Part shown: positions 9,014 to 18,847 of the stretch, in pieces
Layout: every line of letters starts with the position of its first letter
Position numbering within the stretch: the stretch's first letter is position 1
Origin: a virus
DNA length: 64,000 nt
IMG/VR virus record: IMGVR_UViG_3300033153_006744
Location: 1 to 64,000 of that record
Strand: one strand, 5' to 3'
Position numbers and translations under genes: made by a program
Notes under the pieces: model-generated
Told to the model about the DNA's origin: nothing
Seen by the model: the letters and a program-made list of their open reading frames with translations, nothing else
The model's database searches: none

Positions 9014-9764
9014 TTAATTGTCTTTCAAATTCTTCTTGTGTTTTTAGTTGCTCTTGCACTGTTTCATGGTCATTGTTTTCATTGTTTTTCTTATTCCACC
9101 TTATTTGTTCTTGTAACATTTCTATCATGTCGCTTATTTGCTTTTTTGTTGCATCTTTAGTGCTTTCGTCTCCAGTTTTTTCTTTTATTTTAGCTCTAAA
9201 TTTAGTAGCTTCCACGCCCGCCTCTTTTACCAACGCCCACATCATATCTTTTTGATTTTTCGTTGCCTTTTCAGTTATAACCTTGGGGTCAGTTTTGGGA
9301 TCAAGTGTTGCCTTTTTGGGTAGTGGTTTTCTATAGCTTTGTGTTGGCCTTGGAGTGCTGTAATTTTGTGTTCTTTTTTGCATAGTTTTTTTGGGTATAG
9401 CTGCGTCCGTATCTTCTTCAGAACTTATATTCAACAATGAACTAATTGCATAACGCCTCATATATGTTATTCCAGCACCAAGAGCCTGTACGTCGCTCAT
9501 TCTACCGCCTGTAACTTTTTCGACCTTAACACAGCTTGTAAGTTCTTTTCCTGTTATATGTCTTAATATAGTTGTTAAATATAGCCCCTTTTCTGTCTCA
9601 TTTAAGGGTTGCATTAAACTAAAGTTATTAGTCAACAACAATGGCTTTAATGCCTTTAGGATTGCCGATAAGTCTGCATATCTATAATTATGTCCATTAG
9701 AGTTAAACTCTACGGTTGCAATTGCATTAGTTAATTCAATTAAATCTTTGTAAAAATCGCTCAT
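8991..9764 (-). CDS. erf: ERF-family single-strand annealing protein
   Basis: YRYADLSAIL...TTILRHITG...QALGAGITYMRRYAISSLLNISSEEDTDA. Confidence 0.9.
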   Translation of the reverse strand: MSDFYKDLIELTNAIATVEFNSNGHNYRYADLSAILKALKPLLLTNNFSLMQPLNETEKGLYLTTILRHITGKELTSCVKVEKVTGGRMSDVQALGAGITYMRRYAISSLLNISSEEDTDAAIPKKTMQKRTQNYSTPRPTQSYRKPLPKKATLDPKTDPKVITEKATKNQKDMMWALVKEAGVEATKFRAKIKEKTGDESTKDATKKQISDMIEMLQEQIRWNKKNNENNDHETVQEQLKTQEEFERQLNEGQKND

Positions 9765-9787
9765 ATTACCTCCTTAATTAGCCTTAT

Positions 9788-10294
9788 TTATTTAACAAAG
9801 CTTTTATAAAAATCAACAATAACAGCTTCTAAGTGCCTTATTGTTTTTGCTCTTTTTCCCCTCTTCATTCTGTAAAGTGCTTTCAGATGGCCTTTAGCCA
9901 AGATTAATTCTTTAGGGATTCCCTTTTCAAAAATAATCTTCTCTCTTTTTGTGCCATTTATTAGCTCTCCAATAAAACCTTCTTTATCTTCATTTGTTTT
10001 CAACTTTAAAAACTCAATCGCTATTAAGTAATTATCTCTAACTAATGTTTCCTTATAGCTCAATAGTTTAGTTTTATCTTCAAATATGAAATCATAAATC
10101 TTATATAAGTTAAAGTGACTCCACGCTTTCTTTGTTGGCTTTATTACTCCAAAATCATGCCCTGCTCTTTTGCCCTTTCTAACTAAAAGATTAAGCGAAT
10201 TAAATGATGTATTCAAGACCTTTGCTAACTCATACTGCCTTAAATATAAACCTTTGTCTTTACCTTCGTTAATTATAATCAAAACAACCTCCAA
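9788..10294 (-). CDS. Putative DNA-binding protein
   Basis: RQYELAKVLNTSFNSL is HTH-like; start codon uncertain. Confidence 0.4.
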   Translation of the reverse strand: MEVVLIIINEGKDKGLYLRQYELAKVLNTSFNSLNLLVRKGKRAGHDFGVIKPTKKAWSHFNLYKIYDFIFEDKTKLLSYKETLVRDNYLIAIEFLKLKTNEDKEGFIGELINGTKREKIIFEKGIPKELILAKGHLKALYRMKRGKRAKTIRHLEAVIVDFYKSFVK

Positions 10295-10342
10295 TATAAT
10301 TGCTAACTACTACACAACATATAACATATTTAAAGAAATAAG

Positions 10343-10534
10343 TCAAGCGTTATTGTTTTTATTACATACGCTTAAGATGTTACTTGAATTGCTTTTGCCG
10401 CCTTTTAATTCTTTTTTTAATCTCTTATTTTCATCTAATACTTTATCAAACATATCTAAAGCTTTTTCTCTATCATCCCAACAATTAACTTGTACTGATA
10501 TTTTATTTAGCATATCTATTAAATCTGACCTCAT
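10343..10534 (-). CDS. Hypothetical phage protein
   Basis: ORF with AAGGAG RBS. Confidence 0.55.
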   Translation of the reverse strand: MRSDLIDMLNKISVQVNCWDDREKALDMFDKVLDENKRLKKELKGGKSNSSNILSVCNKNNNA

Positions 10535-10542
10535 GTTTCTCC

Positions 10543-10860
10543 TTAATCTTTAATGAAATTTATGCAAGAATAAACATACTTTTCAAAATCTTTTACAAAA
10601 GACATGTATTTCTCTTGCAAGATTAACACCCCGTCATCTTCACTAGTGTCAAATTCATAAGTATAATTAAATGCTTGACACTTGATTTCTACGTCGTTAA
10701 TCCTTACGTTTACAACAAAAACAACTGTGTTTTCTTCACTTTTGCGATTAAACAAGAACCCTTTTTTAAATACAGCACTAAATGATTCGTCGTCTATTTG
10801 ATGCTCTGCAAGGGTTAGCAAAGATTCTTTTATAAAACTTATTACGTTATTTTTTATCAT
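10543..10860 (-). CDS. Hypothetical phage protein
   Basis: ORF with GAGGAG RBS. Confidence 0.55.
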   Translation of the reverse strand: MIKNNVISFIKESLLTLAEHQIDDESFSAVFKKGFLFNRKSEENTVVFVVNVRINDVEIKCQAFNYTYEFDTSEDDGVLILQEKYMSFVKDFEKYVYSCINFIKD

Positions 10861-11189
10861 TGTTGCTCCTCACTAGAATAAATTAACTTTTCGCATTCTT
10901 CTTCATTTGTTTTTGTATTATTTTTCTCAACTGCTTTCTCTAATATTTCTGACATATGTACAAAATCAGCATTAAAAACATTTGGTGTAGTATCAATTCT
11001 AATGTTTTCAACAAACACGTTAGAGTAATGTTTTTTTGCAAAGATTCTTATTTCCAATATTGGAATTGAAGTATGTTTAATTTTTCCAGTTACCAAATAT
11101 ATCAATAATATATATTCGCCATTCAGCTTATTAAAGAAATCTTTATATAACTTTATCACACTTTTTTTTCTTTGTTCTATTTCGTTCAT
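10857..11189 (-). CDS. Hypothetical phage protein
   Basis: ORF with AAGGAG RBS. Confidence 0.55.
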   Translation of the reverse strand: MNEIEQRKKSVIKLYKDFFNKLNGEYILLIYLVTGKIKHTSIPILEIRIFAKKHYSNVFVENIRIDTTPNVFNADFVHMSEILEKAVEKNNTKTNEEECEKLIYSSEEQQ

Positions 11190-11214
11190 TTAATCTCCTT
11201 AATTTTAAAAATTA

Positions 11215-11493
11215 TTAACGTTGCCTTGGATACATCCCCAATAAATGCAAAAACGCTTGCGTTATAAAATACTTCATAGGTATTCTACATGCTAACTTTA
11301 TTTTTGCTTCTATTTCTTCATCTAGTTCTCTAGCTAAGCCGAAATGCTTACTTATTCTTTCTTCCGTTGCTCTATCTTGCAAAGAACCAATTGTAACTTT
11401 AAATCGCCCATCACCTAAATATTCAGTTTCACAAGGAATATAGACTTGATCTGATTCTTCTAAAAATGGTCTATCTGGTACACATGGTTTCAT
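11215..11493 (-). CDS. Hypothetical phage protein
   Basis: ORF with AAGGAG RBS. Confidence 0.55.
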   Translation of the reverse strand: MKPCVPDRPFLEESDQVYIPCETEYLGDGRFKVTIGSLQDRATEERISKHFGLARELDEEIEAKIKLACRIPMKYFITQAFLHLLGMYPRQR

Positions 11494-11786
11494 GTTATCT
11501 CCTTATGTTTGCATTCTTTTAAGTTCTTGGCTCATGCAACTTATAATTGTTTTCCTTACAATATTTTTCACGATTAGAACAAACCTTCCAACCACCATGT
11601 AAGGTTGAATAAGATATGCAATCATCACAAGTTTTAGTTAATAAAGCTTTTTTCAACATCTCGATATTTTCAGCATGTTTGTTTTTCATATAACCCCCTA
11701 TATATTAATTACTAAATTTAACATTAAACTCAATAAAAACACCCCGATTAAAATTCCTATAGTTATAAAAAACGCTTGTTTATTTG

Positions 11787-12053
11787 TCATTTTACCTCCT
11801 TGTTTAATTCTTTAATTTTATTGTTTATTAAAAGAGATAAAATAAATTCATTACCACTAGCATCAAAATCAAAAATAAAAGAGACATCTGCATCCCTAAA
11901 GCCTCTGGGGCAATTTAAATTAGTTGGGTTGTCTTTTTTCCAATAAGCTCGCATTTTGCCATTTAATGGTTCTGTAAAAATTAAATTACGTGTCCTTAAA
12001 ATTATTTTATCATTTACAATTAAAAGTCCAGCAATAAACCTTAGTTCATTCAT
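11787..12053 (-). CDS. Hypothetical phage protein
   Basis: ORF with AAGGAG RBS. Confidence 0.55.
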   Translation of the reverse strand: MNELRFIAGLLIVNDKIILRTRNLIFTEPLNGKMRAYWKKDNPTNLNCPRGFRDADVSFIFDFDASGNEFILSLLINNKIKELNKEVK

Positions 12054-12490
12054 GTTGTCTCCTTGTTATACTTCTTAATTTCTATCAATATGTCTTTTTT
12101 TGCTAAAGAAATTCCCTGCTTATCTCTTGCATACACACGCATGCTATCGCAATAAGCATACTCAAACCCACAAAGTACAAATTCCTTGCTCCTTGTATCC
12201 CAAAAGTTAATTTTACCATTTGTCTTACCTAAAAGCGTTATTATTTCTTCTAAGTCTTTTTTGTCATCTATAAAGTCATTTAAACCTTTACTTGAAAGAT
12301 ATTTGAACATGATATCTTTAGAATCACCCTCAAATCTAGACTCAATATCAAATATCCAATTAAAAACAGCCAATTGAGCCTGCAATATTTTATAATCTTG
12401 CGATAAATATTCTATATCATATTTGTGATTATGCGTTAACAGCTCAACATATAGGTTTTCCTTAGCCTTTATTTCTTCTTTGGTTTTCAT
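12050..12490 (-). CDS. Phage protein with N-terminal MKTKEEI...FNWIF motif
   Basis: AGGAGG RBS; N-terminus resembles 1109-1300. Confidence 0.6.
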   Translation of the reverse strand: MKTKEEIKAKENLYVELLTHNHKYDIEYLSQDYKILQAQLAVFNWIFDIESRFEGDSKDIMFKYLSSKGLNDFIDDKKDLEEIITLLGKTNGKINFWDTRSKEFVLCGFEYAYCDSMRVYARDKQGISLAKKDILIEIKKYNKETT

Positions 12491-12499
12491 TTTACCTCC

Positions 12500-12799
12500 T
12501 TAAACTCTTTTGGCGTCAAAAATAACATCTTCAAATCTCTCAACTATCTCCTTATGTTCACTTATTTTGACTGCCAACTCATGAATCTTGTCGTTTTTCT
12601 CTTCAATCTTACACTCTGCATCACTTAAGTTTTCATTCAACCCTTCAAGCTTATTCTCAAGCTCCTCAATCCTCTCATCTTTCTCTTTAATCTCCTTTTC
12701 CATAACTTTCATATCAGACTCTAAGCTCTGTATTTTTGCATCCATTTTATCTGTAATTTCGCAGTCTTGGCAGTCGCCGTTAAACATGTTGTCGCTCAT
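12500..12799 (-). CDS. Coiled-coil protein with N-terminal CxxC
   Basis: CQDC followed by heptad repeats. Confidence 0.6.
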   Translation of the reverse strand: MSDNMFNGDCQDCEITDKMDAKIQSLESDMKVMEKEIKEKDERIEELENKLEGLNENLSDAECKIEEKNDKIHELAVKISEHKEIVERFEDVIFDAKRV

Positions 12800-12828
12800 T
12801 TTGCCTCCTTGGTTTATATTTCTAACTT

Positions 12829-13239
12829 TTATTTATTTGTGATTTTCTCAAATATTTTTATTTTCCTACCCCAAAAACATCCACTGCTTTCATTAAACTC
12901 TTTTTCAGTTAAAATTACGGCGTCTCCATGCCTTCGCCCACCTGGGCCTGCGTAATGCCTAAACCTCGCCTCCCATTCTTGCCAGCTAAACGGGTTTTGA
13001 CAAAAATAATAAACATCTTTTTCTTCTACCGCATGGTCGCCATATTTCGCCCCCTTCGTCTGGTCCGCCTCCTCTGCTTCAATGTCATCAAGGCATTGGT
13101 AACAAGTGTCAAAAAGCATGCAGCCAACGCAAACAAAATAATCACATCTATTGCACGCACTTATATGTTCTGTCGTCTTTTTTTTACCACAATCTCTACA
13201 TTCCATTGTCTTTTTTTCACTCATTTTAAACCTCCTCAT
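12829..13239 (-). CDS. Cys-rich zinc-finger phage protein
   Basis: CRDC, CNRC, CVGC and CYQC motifs. Confidence 0.6.
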   Translation of the reverse strand: MRRFKMSEKKTMECRDCGKKKTTEHISACNRCDYFVCVGCMLFDTCYQCLDDIEAEEADQTKGAKYGDHAVEEKDVYYFCQNPFSWQEWEARFRHYAGPGGRRHGDAVILTEKEFNESSGCFWGRKIKIFEKITNK

Positions 13240-13612
13240 ATAGTCTTTTAGTGCCTTCTTTTAATTCCCAGTTTTCTTCTACATCGCAACACTGTGCCAT
13301 CATAACAAGCATGGATTCACTAAAATAAATATCATCATCTATTTTCTCACAAAACCAAAACTCATCAAGAATCATGTGTTCGCAATTATTGCACCGCTTA
13401 ACTTCTTTATATTTAGGTTGCTTTTTTAGTTCATGTATTTTTTCCTCTAAATCTATATTTTGATTTAAATGTTTCCCTAATAGCCCTCTGTGATCTTCAA
13501 GTTCTTCTTCTAATCTTTTTCTCTTGTTGGTCAGATATGCTATCCTGCCTATAAGCTCTTGCTGTTCTCTTTTTTTCATCATTACCCCCTTAAAATTCTT
13601 TGTATTCCTCAT
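13226..13612 (-). CDS. Coiled-coil and Cys-motif phage protein
   Basis: Heptad repeats followed by CNNC...C. Confidence 0.55.
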   Translation of the reverse strand: MRNTKNFKGVMMKKREQQELIGRIAYLTNKRKRLEEELEDHRGLLGKHLNQNIDLEEKIHELKKQPKYKEVKRCNNCEHMILDEFWFCEKIDDDIYFSESMLVMMAQCCDVEENWELKEGTKRLYEEV

Positions 13613-13790
13613 TTTCTATCAAGCACTCATCGCAAATTATTGCATTTTCACCTGTTAACCTAGAAATTGTTTTGTTGATTTCTTTTATACATTTTTCACA
13701 AACCAACGTACTACACTCACAGCAAAAATATTCTTTTCTTGTATCAGTGTAAAGAGCTTGACAATTTCCACAATATGATTTTATATTCAT
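13590..13790 (-). CDS. Small zinc-finger protein
   Basis: CGNC, CCEC, CEKC and CDEC motifs. Confidence 0.6.
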   Translation of the reverse strand: MNIKSYCGNCQALYTDTRKEYFCCECSTLVCEKCIKEINKTISRLTGENAIICDECLIENEEYKEF

Positions 13791-13791
13791 C

Positions 13792-14040
13792 TTACCTCCT
13801 TAAATAATTTTCTATAATTTCTTTTGCTTTCGTCAACGCTTCTCTATTTTCCCCTAAGTCTATTTCTTCAGTGCTGTCAACATAACTTAACATAATACAA
13901 AATCCATTCATCCAGCCATTTCCGACGCTACGTAGCCCCTCTTTTCTAACACATATCGGCTCACCTATGCAAAGCCATTCATCACCTAAATCTTTGTTAG
14001 AATAGGCTATTTTATCGTTAATTTTTGTGTAGTTTATCAT
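13792..14040 (-). CDS. Hypothetical phage protein
   Basis: ORF with AAGGAG RBS. Confidence 0.55.
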   Translation of the reverse strand: MINYTKINDKIAYSNKDLGDEWLCIGEPICVRKEGLRSVGNGWMNGFCIMLSYVDSTEEIDLGENREALTKAKEIIENYLRR

Positions 14041-14054
14041 TTTTTCTCCTTAAT

Positions 14055-14318
14055 TTATGTGTAATCTCTTGAGTCCCTATTTCTTAAACAATGAACATCC
14101 ACTTTTCTAATATACTTTAGAGAAATCTTTAGGAGATAATGAGATATTCTGTTCAAGTCTTTTTTAGAAATTGAATAAGGCTTTTCTTCACCTTCATCCC
14201 TAAAGCAAATCCAGTCAATTATTGCCTCAAGCTCCTCTTTTGTGTAAGCATCCTGCAAGTAAGCCAAGCCCTTTTGTGCAATTAATTCGGACACCTTAAT
14301 CATCTCACCCCCTACCAA
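14055..14318 (-). CDS. Hypothetical phage protein
   Basis: Packed ORF, likely starting at MIKVSEL. Confidence 0.5.
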   Translation of the reverse strand: MVGGEMIKVSELIAQKGLAYLQDAYTKEELEAIIDWICFRDEGEEKPYSISKKDLNRISHYLLKISLKYIRKVDVHCLRNRDSRDYT

Positions 14319-14479
14319 ATTTTAGTTTTTTGAATCTCGAAATCGCATTCTAAAGTCCACTCCAGAGCTGCACCATACACATAATGCTCCAGATAATCTT
14401 GAGTTCCAGGAACAAATAAATGCCTACACATGTTGTCCATAAATTCTAGTGTTTCCTCTATCTCTTGCCTACTTCGCAT
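14312..14479 (-). CDS. 55 aa protein with MRSRQEI...ALEWTL motif (not in the ORF track)
   Basis: Read by hand; TAATG overlap with the upstream gene; AAGGAGG RBS. Confidence 0.6.
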   Translation of the reverse strand: MRSRQEIEETLEFMDNMCRHLFVPGTQDYLEHYVYGAALEWTLECDFEIQKTKIW

Positions 14480-14907
14480 TATGCCTCCTTATACCTTTTT
14501 CTTGTTTCTTCATCCATAACGTCGACCATATCTGCTGTATATTCACACGTAAAATCCCTTAAGGCCGGACAATACTCATCACATCCATAATTAATACCAT
14601 AATTAAAGCAAACATCACCAGTTTTCCCAAGATGCGGGTCATTGCTGTTTGCGATAGAAGCTTTTGCATGTTTTACGCTTGAAATCTCGTCACTTGTATC
14701 TCCATTGTTGTCGCCAAATATGCTAGAAAGCCTTAACTCTCTTTCTATTTTTCTTGATAACTCTTTTTTGCTAGCCTCTGGCCAATCTCTTATTTTGTCG
14801 CTAATGCTTTTAGAATTACTCAAAGAATCCGCTATTGCTTTAACTTTTTTGTTGGAATTATAAATACTTTTAAATGCTTCTTCTAAAACTTTTTCTTCTT
14901 GTGTCAT
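14479..14907 (-). CDS. Hypothetical phage protein with Cys motif
   Basis: CFNYGINYGCDEYCP; first gene after the promoter at 14926-14987. Confidence 0.6.
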   Translation of the reverse strand: MTQEEKVLEEAFKSIYNSNKKVKAIADSLSNSKSISDKIRDWPEASKKELSRKIERELRLSSIFGDNNGDTSDEISSVKHAKASIANSNDPHLGKTGDVCFNYGINYGCDEYCPALRDFTCEYTADMVDVMDEETRKRYKEA

Positions 14908-14925
14908 CTTGTCCTCCTTAATTAA

Positions 14926-14987
14926 TTTCGTTAAGAACCCTTTTCCTAACTTATATCAAGTATAACCTATTTTTAAACTAATGTCAA
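14926..14987 (-). promoter_or_regulatory. Sigma70-type promoter with leader hairpin (copy 3)
   Basis: TTGACA (14982-14987), 17 bp, TATACT; hairpin GTTAGGAA-AAGGG-TTCTTAAC. Confidence 0.78.
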
Positions 14988-15080
14988 GTAGAAATAAAAA
15001 TAATTTATATTTTTACATCTTGCGTGAAGGATTGCCTTACTTCTTTTAAGTTGTTTTATATCAGCTTTCACGTTGTCTCC

Positions 15081-15473
15081 TTAAATTCCACTCATTGATC
15101 TAATGTTAGAAAATCTTTTAGCTAGTCTTTTGTGTAATATTTTTGTTATATATTTACTATGTGTTTTCATATACTGCTTATTGTCACTTATATATTTGGC
15201 AGTCATGTTTTCATGTCCATTAAAGAGTTCACCTGATTCTAATTCATATCTCATTACATTTAAAAAAACAGTTAAGTATACCGTATATTCGCTGAAAAGC
15301 CTAGAGACACTAAATCTCACAAAATGTGTCTCGCCGTCAAGTTTAAATAAATGTTTTTCTCCAGCAATCCCGTAGTTTTTTTCATAAAACCCCCCATCTT
15401 CCATTTGTTTTTGCATAAATTCACTTAATTGCACTGCAAATTCATCTTTTGCTTTTTGTAAATTCAACATCAC
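15081..15473 (-). CDS. Hypothetical phage protein
   Basis: ORF with GGGGG RBS. Confidence 0.55.
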   Translation of the reverse strand: MMLNLQKAKDEFAVQLSEFMQKQMEDGGFYEKNYGIAGEKHLFKLDGETHFVRFSVSRLFSEYTVYLTVFLNVMRYELESGELFNGHENMTAKYISDNKQYMKTHSKYITKILHKRLAKRFSNIRSMSGI

Positions 15474-15480
15474 TACCCCC

Positions 15481-15876
15481 TTAATTAAATATCTTTTTCG
15501 TATCTAAACTTATAGTCTCTTTTTCCCTCTTTGCTTTTTTCTCCAAAGCTGCCTTAATTCTCTTTGCCTTTAACTCTGCTTTGTTGCCTTTTTCTAGGTC
15601 GTCCTCATGCTTTATATCAAGCTCATTACATTCCAAATTCATTTTATATCTGCCCATACATAGCTCTTTTTTGTATTGCGAAATGTGACCACCTTTAATC
15701 GTATTTATGATGTAGTTTAAAAGGTCTTTATTTTTTAGATTCACATCATAGAAAAATGCACCGAATAAAAATTCTAACTCAAATTCACAGTAGCTAAATG
15801 CTCCGATTTCAATCGTGCCTTTTTGTTCTGCAATTATTTCTTGCATGCTTTCGTTTTTCCATTTTAGACGTTTCAT
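15481..15876 (-). CDS. Hypothetical phage protein
   Basis: Packed ORF. Confidence 0.55.
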   Translation of the reverse strand: MKRLKWKNESMQEIIAEQKGTIEIGAFSYCEFELEFLFGAFFYDVNLKNKDLLNYIINTIKGGHISQYKKELCMGRYKMNLECNELDIKHEDDLEKGNKAELKAKRIKAALEKKAKREKETISLDTKKIFN

Positions 15877-16170
15877 TTAGTCCTCTATGTCTTTAATTAT
15901 ATTATCTAAAGTGTCTCTTTTAATTATTACGTCTTTCTTTATCTCTAGCATGATTTTATTAACAGTATCTAGGTTTTTCTTATTAAATATTCCACCCAGC
16001 ATTACTCTGTTATATTGACCTCTGCTCATTAATGCAATTCGTTTTAAAAAATTATTATTACCGCCTCTTTGATGGTAAATAAAATATTCAATATCGCTTG
16101 CATCAACTATATGGAAAAGATTTTCCTGGGGCTTGTTGATAAACTCTAATATTTCTTGTTTTGTTTTCAT
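15877..16170 (-). CDS. Hypothetical phage protein
   Basis: ORF starting MKTKQEI. Confidence 0.55.
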   Translation of the reverse strand: MKTKQEILEFINKPQENLFHIVDASDIEYFIYHQRGGNNNFLKRIALMSRGQYNRVMLGGIFNKKNLDTVNKIMLEIKKDVIIKRDTLDNIIKDIED

Positions 16171-16180
16171 CTTGTACCCC

Positions 16181-16633
16181 CTAAAATGCTATTATTTTTC
16201 TTTCATATTTTCTGTTAAATTCCTGTACATCTAGTGTGCTTGCATTTTTCAACTCGAAACTAAGGTAAATTCCATCTGCCTTTTCTAAAACACAAGGTTT
16301 TATGCCAAAATAATCGAAGCATTGATAACCTAAAATAATTGAAATATCAACAAAAGTGGAGTTTGCTACATTCAAATACCCACTAAGTTCTTTTATAATT
16401 TCCACAGAAAGTTGGCGATTGATAAAATCTCCTTGAGCTAAACCATAGAAGAAAATACTATAAAAAATATTCATTACTTCACTAGCAATGTCTCTAAATG
16501 AGATTTCTTTCTGATTGTTTCTTCTAATTTCATTTTGTTTTTCCCATTTTGCATTTCTGCAAAAATCGCATTCTTCAATGTCATCTCTTGTTGTTTCAAA
16601 ATCTTTGCCACATTCTCTACATATTTTTTTCAT
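16181..16633 (-). CDS. Zinc-ribbon phage protein
   Basis: CRECGKDF...CDFC. Confidence 0.6.
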   Translation of the reverse strand: MKKICRECGKDFETTRDDIEECDFCRNAKWEKQNEIRRNNQKEISFRDIASEVMNIFYSIFFYGLAQGDFINRQLSVEIIKELSGYLNVANSTFVDISIILGYQCFDYFGIKPCVLEKADGIYLSFELKNASTLDVQEFNRKYERKIIAF

Positions 16634-16647
16634 CTTGTACCTCCTTT

Positions 16648-16703
16648 TTATTAAACCCTTTGTTTAACTATAACACTGCAACATGTTTTTAAGTAAATGT
16701 CAA
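16648..16703 (-). promoter_or_regulatory. Promoter with leader hairpin (degenerate copy 4)
   Basis: TTGACA (16698-16703), 17 bp, TGCAGT; hairpin TTAAAC-AAAGG-GTTTAA before AAGGAGG. Confidence 0.6.
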
Positions 16704-16725
16704 GTGTTATGTTTGGTTGTTTTCC

Positions 16726-17196
16726 CTAATACCATAAACCTCTAAAAATTCTTCTAAATGCGTCTAATGCCTTGTCAATTATAGCATCTTTCTCTCTAAA
16801 ATCTAAGTTGTCATATTTGTCATTATCTTCATCTAAATAAAGATCAAACCCCTTTATTATAAAATTTAAGTTCTCTATAAACTTTTTTTGAGTATTACAG
16901 GGCTTAATAAAAGTATCTTTGTATTTTTTGTTGAAAGTTTTCAGTCTAGGTAATATCAACTCTATTATTGTATAATCTAAACTCCACAGCTCACTATCAT
17001 CAAAACCTCTTTCAATTCTTTGTTTTTCATATTTCTTTTCTCTTTTGTCATCTATATCTGTTAATGAAAAACATATATTTGGAATGCCTAAATATTTAGG
17101 ATCTATTTTCTTGTTTTTACATTTCTCTAATTTATTTGTGTTTTTTCTTCTTAATCTGTTTTTTAAAATTGTTTCTCTATGTTTAATGTTTTTCAT
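16726..17196 (-). CDS. Conserved phage protein of unknown function
   Basis: QRIERGFDDSELWSLDYTI...LPRL...FRGLWY resembles a common phage family. Confidence 0.65.
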   Translation of the reverse strand: MKNIKHRETILKNRLRRKNTNKLEKCKNKKIDPKYLGIPNICFSLTDIDDKREKKYEKQRIERGFDDSELWSLDYTIIELILPRLKTFNKKYKDTFIKPCNTQKKFIENLNFIIKGFDLYLDEDNDKYDNLDFREKDAIIDKALDAFRRIFRGLWY

Positions 17197-18164
17197 TACT
17201 TCTCCTTGTTCTCCATAGTTCGCATAGTTCTATAAATGTTTTGTATTGTAAAATTCATAAATGTAGCTATTTCATTAACAGAAAAACCACCTTCAACACA
17301 TTCTTTTATTATTTGTTTTTTTACCCTCATTGTTCTTGAATCTCTTTTCTTAAGGTGCTCAACTAATAACCCGTTTTTCTTTAAAATTTTATTAGCTATC
17401 TTTTTTAAATCATGATTTATCATTTTTTTGCATATAGGCATTAATATATAATTAACATCAGATGGGGTTAATTTCCTTTTATATGAAAAATAATCTGACT
17501 TTATGTCTTTAAAAACTCTTATTAGTTGCCTAATACTTAAACCCAGATCAAATATTCTATCAAAAGTTGTTTTATCTATATAGTTATTAACATCTTTAAA
17601 CAATTGCAATATTATCTTAGAACTAGTTTCAGAGTCATTAGATTGGGATATATGAACATTTACAAAATTTTCGCCCATTAACCTGTCGGAAATTCTTTTA
17701 GCAAAATCAAAGTCATCTAAACTTGTGTCAGAGGATATAACAATAAAGCTTTTACAATCCTCTGCTTGCCTTAGCATTTCAAATAATTTAGAATGTATAA
17801 ATTGAGAATTCTTAGTAATTACAGATTGAAAATCATCTATTATCAATATTTTACCAGCCCTACTCATGTCATATTTTGAGTTTCTAGAAAATACACTCAC
17901 ATCATCTTTGCCTTCGCTCTTAAAATCAAAGCAATATTTTTTAAAATCTGACCCAGAACCAAAAACATAATCATGATCACTTAATTCTAATACACCAGCC
18001 AGAGCTTTCATTAAGTGGGTTTTTCCAGAACCTGATGCACCAGTTAATAAAATACCTTCTACTAAATCCTCATCGTAGTAAACTCTTTTTCCTAAAGCCT
18101 GTACTTTGTCAAACGCTCTCTTGTTGCCACCGTGAATAATAAAATTTTTAAAACTTTGTTCCAA
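17196..18164 (-). CDS. DnaA/Hda-like AAA+ ATPase with C-terminal HTH
   Basis: SFKNFIIHGGNKRAF, Walker A GASGSGKTHL, Walker B ILIIDDFQ, RISDRL, SIRQL; C-terminal FSVNEIATFMNFTIQNIYR; TTG start with AAGGAG RBS. Confidence 0.8.
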   Translation of the reverse strand: MEQSFKNFIIHGGNKRAFDKVQALGKRVYYDEDLVEGILLTGASGSGKTHLMKALAGVLELSDHDYVFGSGSDFKKYCFDFKSEGKDDVSVFSRNSKYDMSRAGKILIIDDFQSVITKNSQFIHSKLFEMLRQAEDCKSFIVISSDTSLDDFDFAKRISDRLMGENFVNVHISQSNDSETSSKIILQLFKDVNNYIDKTTFDRIFDLGLSIRQLIRVFKDIKSDYFSYKRKLTPSDVNYILMPICKKMINHDLKKIANKILKKNGLLVEHLKKRDSRTMRVKKQIIKECVEGGFSVNEIATFMNFTIQNIYRTMRTMENKEK

Positions 18165-18180
18165 TTTAATCTCCTTATTT

Positions 18181-18490
18181 AACTTATAAACAAAAACGCT
18201 ATCTAAACAAATAGCATGGTTTATTTAAAATGTCAAGCTTTTCTTTAAAGTAGCTACAAAAACTAAACATATATTTATTGTAACTCTAAACAAATACGAT
18301 TATAAAGCATTAATTTAAAAAGAAATTAACCTAAAAAAAATGAAAAAGCTATAGTAGATTAGAGTTTATATATATATTATATTAAAATAATCTAATACTC
18401 TAAAGATACCTTGTTTTTTCAGGTGTTACTTCAATCAAATCAACGCATTATGTTTAAGTTTTTTTAAAGTTTGTTTATCAGTTGTTTAAG
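18181..18490. other. Putative replication origin and initiator promoter
   Basis: TAAACA at 18187, 18204, 18264, 18287; pure A/T tract at 18365-18390; inverted TGTTTA at 18451, 18472, 18483; minus-strand TTGACA at 18231-18236. Confidence 0.5.
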
Positions 18491-18655
18491 CTTTTATGCA
18501 CGTTTCTAGTAACCCCTTACTCCCCGCATTCAACCCTCCGTCAATACAAATGCTTGTGTTTTGGATAATTCTTTGTTATTTCATGCAATGCGATTGATTT
18601 AAGTGGGTGTTAGGTGGATTTATTGTTCTGCTTTATTCTTTAGATCTAAGTGGTG

Positions 18656-18847
18656 TTAGATCAAACTATCTTTTACTCTGCCAATGTGGTCTTTAATTTT
18701 GTATGTTATTTCTAATATTAAATCGTCATCATCAATTTCATTGCATTCACACCAGTACTCAAAGTCATCTTCTCCGCTAGTAATGAAAGCTCTTGCTAAT
18801 AGTTTAATTATATTTTCTTTCATTATTCGTCTCCTTAAATTATCCAT
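18656..18847 (-). CDS. Hypothetical phage protein
   Basis: ORF likely starting at MKENII (AAGGAG RBS). Confidence 0.5.
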   Translation of the reverse strand: MDNLRRRIMKENIIKLLARAFITSGEDDFEYWCECNEIDDDDLILEITYKIKDHIGRVKDSLI

